Shown here: positions 57,151 through 64,000 of the stretch, one piece after another
Numbering within the stretch: the first letter of the stretch is position 1
How the letters are laid out: the number at the start of each line of letters is the position of its first letter
NCBI RefSeq assembly: GCF_009914755.1
Contig: NC_060927.1
Source of the DNA: the human T2T-CHM13v2.0 reference genome, Homo sapiens
Direction: 5' to 3' (one strand)
Length of the DNA: 64,000 bases
The notes under the pieces: generated by a model
Seen by the model: only the letters and a program-made list of their open reading frames with translations
Databases searched by the model: none
Told to the model about the DNA's origin: nothing
Position numbers and translations under genes: made by a program

Positions 57151-58549
57151 TTCTCTGTAATTGAGATAGAATTCACATACTATGAAATTCATACTTTCAA
57201 TGTGGAAAGAATTGTACAGCCATCACCACTATCTAATTCCAGAACATTTTCATTACCCCAACAGGAAATTGTATTCATTAAGCCCTTTGCTCCTCATTCT
57301 CTGTGCCCCACCAGCCTGGGAACTACTAATCTACTTTCTGTTTTATGGACTTACCTATTCTGGTATTTCATATAAATGGAATTGCACAATATGCAACCTT
57401 TTGTGTCTGACTTCTTTCACCTAGCACAGTGTTTTTGTGGTTCATCCACACTGAAGTATGTATTGATGCTTCATGTCTTTTTATGTCATGTCTTTTTATG
57501 TCACAACAGAATAATATTCTGTTGTGTATATATACACAACATAGTTTGTGTATCCATTCATCTATTGATAGACATTTGAGATGTTTCTACTTTTTGGCTA
57601 TTGTGAATAGTGCTACTCTGGACATGTATGGATATGTACTTCTTTGAGTATTTGTTTTCTGTTCTTTTTGGATATATATCTAGGAGTGGAATAGCTGGAT
57701 CATGTGGTGATCCCATGTTTCCCTTCATTTTTGTAACATTTTTTACTGCATATAAAATTCTTGGTTGGTAGATTTTTTTATTTTTATTTTTAACTTTCAC
57801 TTCTTTGAATATATTATCCTGATACCTTCTGGCCTCCACGATTTCTCCTGAGAAACCAGCTGCAAATCTTATTATGGATTCCTTGTACATGAGTTCAGTC
57901 GCTTCTTTCTTGATGGCTTCAAGATTCTCTTTGTCTTTGGCCTTCAACAGTTAGATTGTAATGTGCCAGGTGTGGGTGTCTTTGAGTTTATCCTATTTAG
58001 AGTTTATTGAGATTCTTGAAAGTGTAGATATTTTCCATGAAATTTGAGAAGTTTTTGGCTATTAAATATCACAGCTTCCCTCAGGCAGCTGTGATGTTAA
58101 ACAATTGCCTCTGATTATTTTCAACAAACTCCCCCAGGGAAAAGGCTATTTGCACTAAGCAAGCTCCAAGGCAGGTCAAATAAATATAGCATTGTGAGTA
58201 GGGCCTTCCAGGGAGCCACCAGACTGGAAAATCATGATCGTTCTCTGGAAGAAGGGCTTTGAAGGAGCTCAAACCCATTCTGCCCCTTTCAGTGCCTGGC
58301 AGGCTACTGGTTTTCACCATGATTGGTTTTCAGGACAGCTGCAGAGTTAGCATAGGAAGAGGGCAAGTTAAAACATCAAAAGCTCACTTGGTTTTACTGA
58401 GACTCTTCTTGAATAAACACTCCACAGATTGCTCAAGCCTTTGGTTAATTTCCACAGTTCTGAACAAGTTGATTCTGATCATTTTTGCCAGTGTTCTTTG
58501 TTTCCATGGAAGAGGGCTTTTCAGATGTCCTTGCTGTATCATTTTGCTG
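57151..58549 (-). mobile_element. L1M element(s) with 5' end, ORF1 piece and 3' end in 1.4 kb
   Basis: Minus strand reads L1M 5' end (atcagcaaaatg...aacactggcaaaaatgatcagaatcaac), then ORF1p KAKDKE..IRFAAGFSGEIVEARRYQDNIFKE..QPRILY, then ORF2 C-terminus PHDPAIPLLDIYPK and 3' UTR. Confidence 0.85.
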
Positions 58550-59772
58550 ATCTATTAGTGAGTATTCACTCTTAGATGTGTACCCCACGAATTCATCCCA
58601 CAGCCAAGGCAAAAAAAAAAAACAAAACATTCATGCCCGCTGACATGTTTATCACAGTGTAATTTATAATAGTGAAAAATTTGAAATATCACAAATAAGT
58701 AATGGAGGAAAGCATGTACAAGCATGTAAATTCTGGGTCGTACCATTGTCCAGGTGTCAACAATGAAAGAACAGGCCCAGGTGGAGAGAAGTGTGACAAA
58801 GAGACTGAGAGCCCTGGCTTCAGACTCAGATGGGCTGGGTTCAAATGTGGCTCTAAGGTTTATAGCCAACAACTTGGAGCAAATCAGTTAGACTCCCTAA
58901 GCCTCATTTTCTCATCTATAAGATGGCAACAACTCCATCATGTGTTGTAGATGCTTTCATTTAAACCTCACATTATAGGCTTGGCTCAGCCATGTAAGTT
59001 GTTATTGTTGTTGCTGTCATTCAACAGAAAGTTCTTTGTGATATAATGGTAAATAAATTAGCAGGATATGAAATCGTATACATACTACAACCAAAATCTG
59101 AAAAAAAGAATCCCTTGGCAAAGCATGGGAAAACCATGGTTGGAAGAAAATACACCAAATGATGGGATTATGGGTTATTTATTTTCTCTTTCCCTCTTTT
59201 TTTTTTTTTTTTTTTTGCCCTAACAATGTTCCTTTTTTTAAATGGGAAAGATAAATGTCCACACAGAATAAGTATGTCTTCTTAAAGATGCGGGGGCTTT
59301 GCTAGTAGAGTTTAGGCAAGAATGCTCTGCATTAGAAACTGAGATTGTAGAGGCGTGCTTCCAGGTACATCTGCAGATACTTTTTGGTCACTATTATTTC
59401 TTGCATCTCTTCAGAAGGCTGAGATGTATTTATTGGTCTTCTTCAAGGAGGTCTTTTATTCAGAAGCCTAGGGGCCAGGATCACTGCTGCCTCCTTAGGG
59501 AGTGCTCTGAAAGTGGAGGTTAATATCTAAGAGAGCCCTTTAAAATTCTGATGTCCAATGCAGGGACATTTCCCCCAGACGGGGAAATTTGGGGCCTCCA
59601 TTGCATCATGTGCCATGTGCTAGTACAGTGGTGCTGTCTTCTAGGCTTGGTTGATGTGGGGAGAGAAGAGGATGCTCACTGCACTTGGTACTGTGCCAGG
59701 TGCTTCATGGACGTGCTTTGTGTCCATGTTGCTGATCTCTGTAACTGTGATGGGACTTATTTTCCATTTCAG

Positions 59773-59869
59773 GTTCCGAGGTGCACCGATTATACCCGTG
59801 GCGGCCAAGCCGGGGGGACCAGAGGCCCCCGAAACTGAAGCTCCACAGGGCATTCCAGAGCTCATTGAG
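59773..59869 (+). CDS. EEFSEC: eEFSec coding exon (exon 3, 97 nt)
   Basis: Acceptor tttccatttcag|G, donor GAG|gtactg. First G completes the AAG codon from exon 2, then FRGAPIIPVAAKPGGPEAPETEAPQGIPELIE (G5 region). Confidence 0.96.
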
Positions 59870-60559
59870 GTACTGTCATCTTGAATCCAGGTTGCCCTTT
59901 AGCCCCAGCGCTGCTCAGGCCAGCCCCTTTGTGTCCCTCTCTCCCCTGAGAGAGAAAGAGAGGCAGCCCTAGCAAGAGGACTCAGTTGGTTCCATTAACC
60001 TCCCTGTTAACACCTTAGCACAACTCCCCCACCTCCCTCAAAAAGGTAGACCCAAACTAGGACTCCTAAGGTTCACTGAAGCCCATGATTCACCCTCCAG
60101 CCATAAACTCTGCAGAGCTCGTCACACCTTGCTGTGCCTCACTTTCTCCTTTCTCTTGTCATACCTACACTCAGACAAAGCAGCTCCCACCCATCTGGAA
60201 CCCTGGGACCGTGACATCCATTCCAGTCCTTCAGACTGTCTCAGCTCCTCCAGTACCCCACCTGGGCTGGGGGCCAGTGAGGCAGGGGTGAAAGACATGA
60301 GCCCAACAGCAGGGGCAATGCAGCTTCCATCCTGGGCACCTCCACCAAAGATGGGAGGCTTATCTTCGGAAGCTGTGGGGCTGAGGCCCAGGTTGTTCTT
60401 CCTAACTTGTGCTGGTAGTCAGGGAGGGAGCCCAGTCATCCATCAGGAAGGGTGTGTGTGGGTGCTGATGGTGCTGGTACTAAGGAAGGTAGCAGTGAGA
60501 ATGGAGCCACAGAGTTCCTCCACAGAGTGCTCAGGACAGTTCAGCCGGGTGGAGTAGCA

Positions 60560-60975
60560 ACGTGCATGGCTCTGGGGCTGGACTGTGGTTCAGGGGCTAG
60601 CTCCACCACCACTCTCTCTGACCTCAGGCAAATGATCTACTCTTTCTTGCCTCAGTTCCTTCACTTGGAAGATAATAGCACATACCTCGTGGAGTTGTGA
60701 GGGTTAAATGAGTTAATGTGTATAATGTGCTCGGTACAGTGCCATGTCAGTGCTTACTGTTACAGTGATGTTGATGTTTACAGGCCAGGCACTGTACTAA
60801 GTTCTTTACATACAGGATCATTGACATTCACAAAAACTCAGGGAGGCTGAAATTATTTATCCCCATATACCAACGAAGAGTCTGAGATTCAAAGATGTTA
60901 AATAACTTGACCCATGTCTGGCAGCGAGTTACACGGTGGAGCTGGGATTCAGACCCAGGTTGATCGCTGGGGTCA
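60560..60975. mobile_element. Two MIRs tail-to-tail (+ then -)
   Basis: gcctcagttccttcacttgg...gttgtgagggttaaatgag, then ggcactgtactaagttctttaca...ggattcagacccagg. Confidence 0.75.
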
Positions 60976-61579
60976 GCTTCACGGCCCCCCTGCACCTGGC
61001 TCCGCAGAGCCAAGATGAGATGTGACCACGTACATGCACTGCCACCATTTCTGTGATTTACACGTGCTGATCTTGTCAGCTTAGCAAAACAAATGTTTTC
61101 TGGGTGAGGCTTTTGTTACTTTTTCATCAGGCTCCTGAGAGCACTTGTCTGGGAGCCTGGGATAGTTGTTTTTGTTAAAGCGAAATCCTCAAAAATGCTG
61201 CTTTGAAAGATGTTTGTATATTCCTTTAAGAAGCCCCTACATAAATCTCAGACCAAGCCTGTTTTGTTTGAATCTCTAGTGTTTTTCCAAAAGAATTGTT
61301 ATCACAAGACTAAGACTTTGGAACATTCACCACTGAATACTTTTTTGACAGCCTGTTCCCTTACGAAGTGAAAAAGTAGCAAACACAAGGAATCCTAGTC
61401 TTTGTTTTCATTTGTTTATTGGTGATGAGCCCTGACAGCATCTCCCGGCACACAGGTGGCATGAGGAGAATCGGCTGGTGAGGCTGAGGCGTGTGGAGTC
61501 CGCAGAGAAGGAAGGACCCTGGGAACAATCCTTTCCTCCTCCCTCTCCCCACATCCCCTTGTTTCTTCTTCTTTCACTT

Positions 61580-62200
61580 GTCATTCTCTCAGGCATGATG
61601 CCAGCTACTGGAGATACCTGGCTCTCACAGCCCTATGGGGGAGATAATAAAGAGATGATCACAGGAGAGTGTTAGCTATAGTGATGGGGGCAGGGGAAAC
61701 GTGGCCATACAGAGAAGCCTGTCCAGAGGAGGTATTGCTGCAGTACAGGCGAGGCTCAGCCAGCTGGTAAAACTCTAGGCCTGCTGGCGGCTGGCTTCTG
61801 GCATACGTCAGGGAGTGGCGGAAGATGAGGCCTAAAAGGTACCTAGGGGCTAGATGATGAGGAGTTTTAAATTCTGAAGGCATCAGGAGGCTGGGGAAAT
61901 GCATGAGGCCAGGGAGCAATGCGACAGGGTGTCCTTTAGTGGCTACTCTGCTGCAGCATGGAGGGCCTGGCAGGACAGACCATTGTAGCAGTCCCACGGG
62001 AGAAGACAGATGAGGCTTCTCCAGGTGCCCTTTCCTTCAGACTGAGCGGAAAGAGCTGAGAGCATGGCAGAAGCTTGGAATGCAGTCAGGGAGTTAGGTG
62101 GTTTTGATCTCCTGTCCACCTTGCCAGGGCATGGACCTCTGAGCTGAGTTCACCTTGGCAGCCTTGATGAACTGCTGGTCAGCCACATTCTCTGCCTTCC
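61580..62200 (-). mobile_element. L2 fragment
   Basis: ggagttttaaattctgaagggcatcaggagg...ccattgtagcagtccc, degenerate. Confidence 0.45.
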
Positions 62201-62261
62201 TCTGCCCTGCCCCATCTGGCTCCTCTCCCCACGGACTGTGGCACCAGTTTCTCTTTTCTAG

Positions 62262-62426
62262 CTCCTGACGTCCCAGATTTCCATCCCAACGAGAGACCCC
62301 TCGGGACCGTTCCTCATGTCTGTGGACCACTGTTTCTCCATCAAAGGCCAAGGCACTGTGATGACAGGGACCATCCTTTCAGGCTCCATCAGCCTCGGTG
62401 ACAGTGTGGAGATCCCTGCCCTCAAG
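62262..62426 (+). CDS. EEFSEC: eEFSec coding exon (exon 4, 165 nt): start of domain II
   Basis: Acceptor ttctcttttctag|, donor AAG|gtcagt, phase 0-0. Encodes LLTSQISIPTRDPSGPFLMSVDHCFSIKGQGTVMTGTILSGSISLGDSVEIPALK, matching the EF-Tu/SelB domain II motif DxxFxIxGxGTVxTG. Confidence 0.97.
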
Positions 62427-63407
62427 GTCAGTCTTACCTTGTCTTCCCTTCTGGCCTCCTCGCTGGCAGCAAGGGAGGGGGACTGTCCCTTTGTCTGTTC
62501 AGCTGCTGAGCCTGCTGCTGTGCCTGCCCTGGGACTCCCACTGCCTGCTCCGCCCCACCTCCCCTCTGGCTGCCTGGCCCCGCCCGGCTCCAAGTCTGTC
62601 ACCTCAGATTCTAGGACTGCTGCTCTCCCTAATTCTCATAGCGCCTGTTTATTGGAGGCCTATGATGTGCCTCAAGGAGGTGTTCCCAAGTAGGTCTTCT
62701 GTGTAGATAAAGAAACTGAGGCTCCAGAAGGTGAGGTGGGCTTGAGATCACATGGTTAACAAGTGGGGCTGCTGGAGGGGAAACCTCCCTTTCTGGACAC
62801 TGGCTGTACGTCAGGGTGGCAAGTATGTGTGGAGTTATTTCTGGGTACCTTTTTCTTAACCACAGTAATTTCAAATTAAACATGACGTGAATCTTATGAT
62901 GCTCAGAATCACAGAATCTGGAAGAAATCCAGGTTGGTTTTGCACTCCTGGTGGCCATCGACAGATGCCGCATTATTCTTCTGAAGACCTGTGAGAAGGA
63001 TGAGTGGTTGGTGCCTTCCCATCACCCCTCCTTCTACTATGATGGCCTGGCTCTGATTTAAAAGATAGTGCCTTGATATTCCCCTTATTTAGAAGGCATT
63101 TTTAATAGTTTTACTTTATGCGACAAGAGAAACTTACAGCCTCATTGACTGCCCTCCCCTTCAACAAGAATAAAAGGTAGGGAACACATGCTACTTAGAA
63201 TTCATGTGAGACCTTGCCTGGAATGCTGGGGTCCAGGGCAGTTCTCTAATCCTTGAAGGAGCCTACAGTGCAGGGAAGTGGAGGTGCTCAGCCCTGTGGA
63301 CTCAGCTAGCTGCTAGAGAGGCTTGGATGTGCATGATTTCAATTTGCATGTTAATTGGGAATGGCTACCTGGAGGCTGTATTGAGGCATTTTAAGGTTGT
63401 CTGGCTC

Positions 63408-63573
63408 ACTAGGTGTGTTGGTTAAGGTTCTCCGGAGAAACAGAACCAATGGGAGATACAGATATCTAGGTATCTATAGATACATAGGTAAAGATACATA
63501 GATGTAAATATGTAGATATCTGTATCTCCTATTAGTTTTGTTTTGCTGGAGAACACCAACTAATGCACCTAGT
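63408..63573. repeat. Inverted repeat, 61-bp arms, 44-nt spacer
   Basis: 63408-63468 versus reverse complement of 63513-63573: 49/61 identical with no gaps (manual alignment). Confidence 0.92.
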
Positions 63574-63930
63574 ATTAGATGCAGATAGATAAATAGATAT
63601 GTTTTTTAAGGAATTTGCTTATACTATTATAAAACCTGGCAAGTCCAAAATCTACAGGGTAGGCTGGCAGGATTGAGGCCTAGGGAGGAGCTGCAGCTTG
63701 AAGGCCATTTGCTGGCAGAATCCCCTCTTCTCTGAGGAGGTTAATCCTTTTGTTCTTAAGGCCTTCAACTGATTGGATGAAGCCCACCTACATTATAGGG
63801 GTCATCTGCTTTACTCAACATCCACCAATTTAAATGTTAATCTCATCTGAAAACACCTTCACAGAAACACTCAGAATAAAGTTGGAGCACTGTGGCCCAG
63901 CTAAGTTGACACATAAAATGAACCACATCA
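63414..63930 (-). mobile_element. ERVL MLT2(B-like) solo LTR
   Basis: ggttctccggagaaacagaaccaat ... aaggccttcaactgattggatgaagcccacc ... aagttgacacataaaatgaacca. Confidence 0.88.
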
Positions 63931-64000
63931 CCCGCTGGGTGAGAGGGCCATGATAGCAGCACCTGGCCTGAGTGAGGGAAGTGGAGAGGGTCCCTACTGG

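Noticed and set aside
59797-59811. G5-region VAAKP instead of the usual SA(L/K)
   Set aside because: It appears to be the normal eEFSec sequence as recalled, not a new variant.

Overview
Primate (human or very close relative) genomic DNA from inside EEFSEC, the selenocysteine-specific elongation factor (eEFSec/SelB), transcribed on the + strand. The window holds the distal ~44.5 kb of the long first intron and three internal coding exons: 44478-44685, 59773-59869 and 62262-62426. They have GT-AG boundaries and splice into one continuous frame covering the end of the G domain (NKID motif) and the start of domain II. The rest is intron packed with Alu, MIR, L2, old L1M, two solo LTRs and DNA-transposon fossils. 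Almost all ORFs in the track are spurious. I see no evidence for a new multi-gene system. The most unusual local structures are a 61-bp inverted repeat at an MLT2 LTR end ~1 kb downstream of exon 4, a near-perfect 107-bp tandem duplication, two Alus inserted serially at one target site, a hAT>Tigger>Alu nest, a collapsed L1, an 11:1 antisense Alu bias, a five-tract G-quadruplex and a stop-generating tandem donor at exon 2. Repeat subfamily names are by eye and repeat boundaries are approximate.
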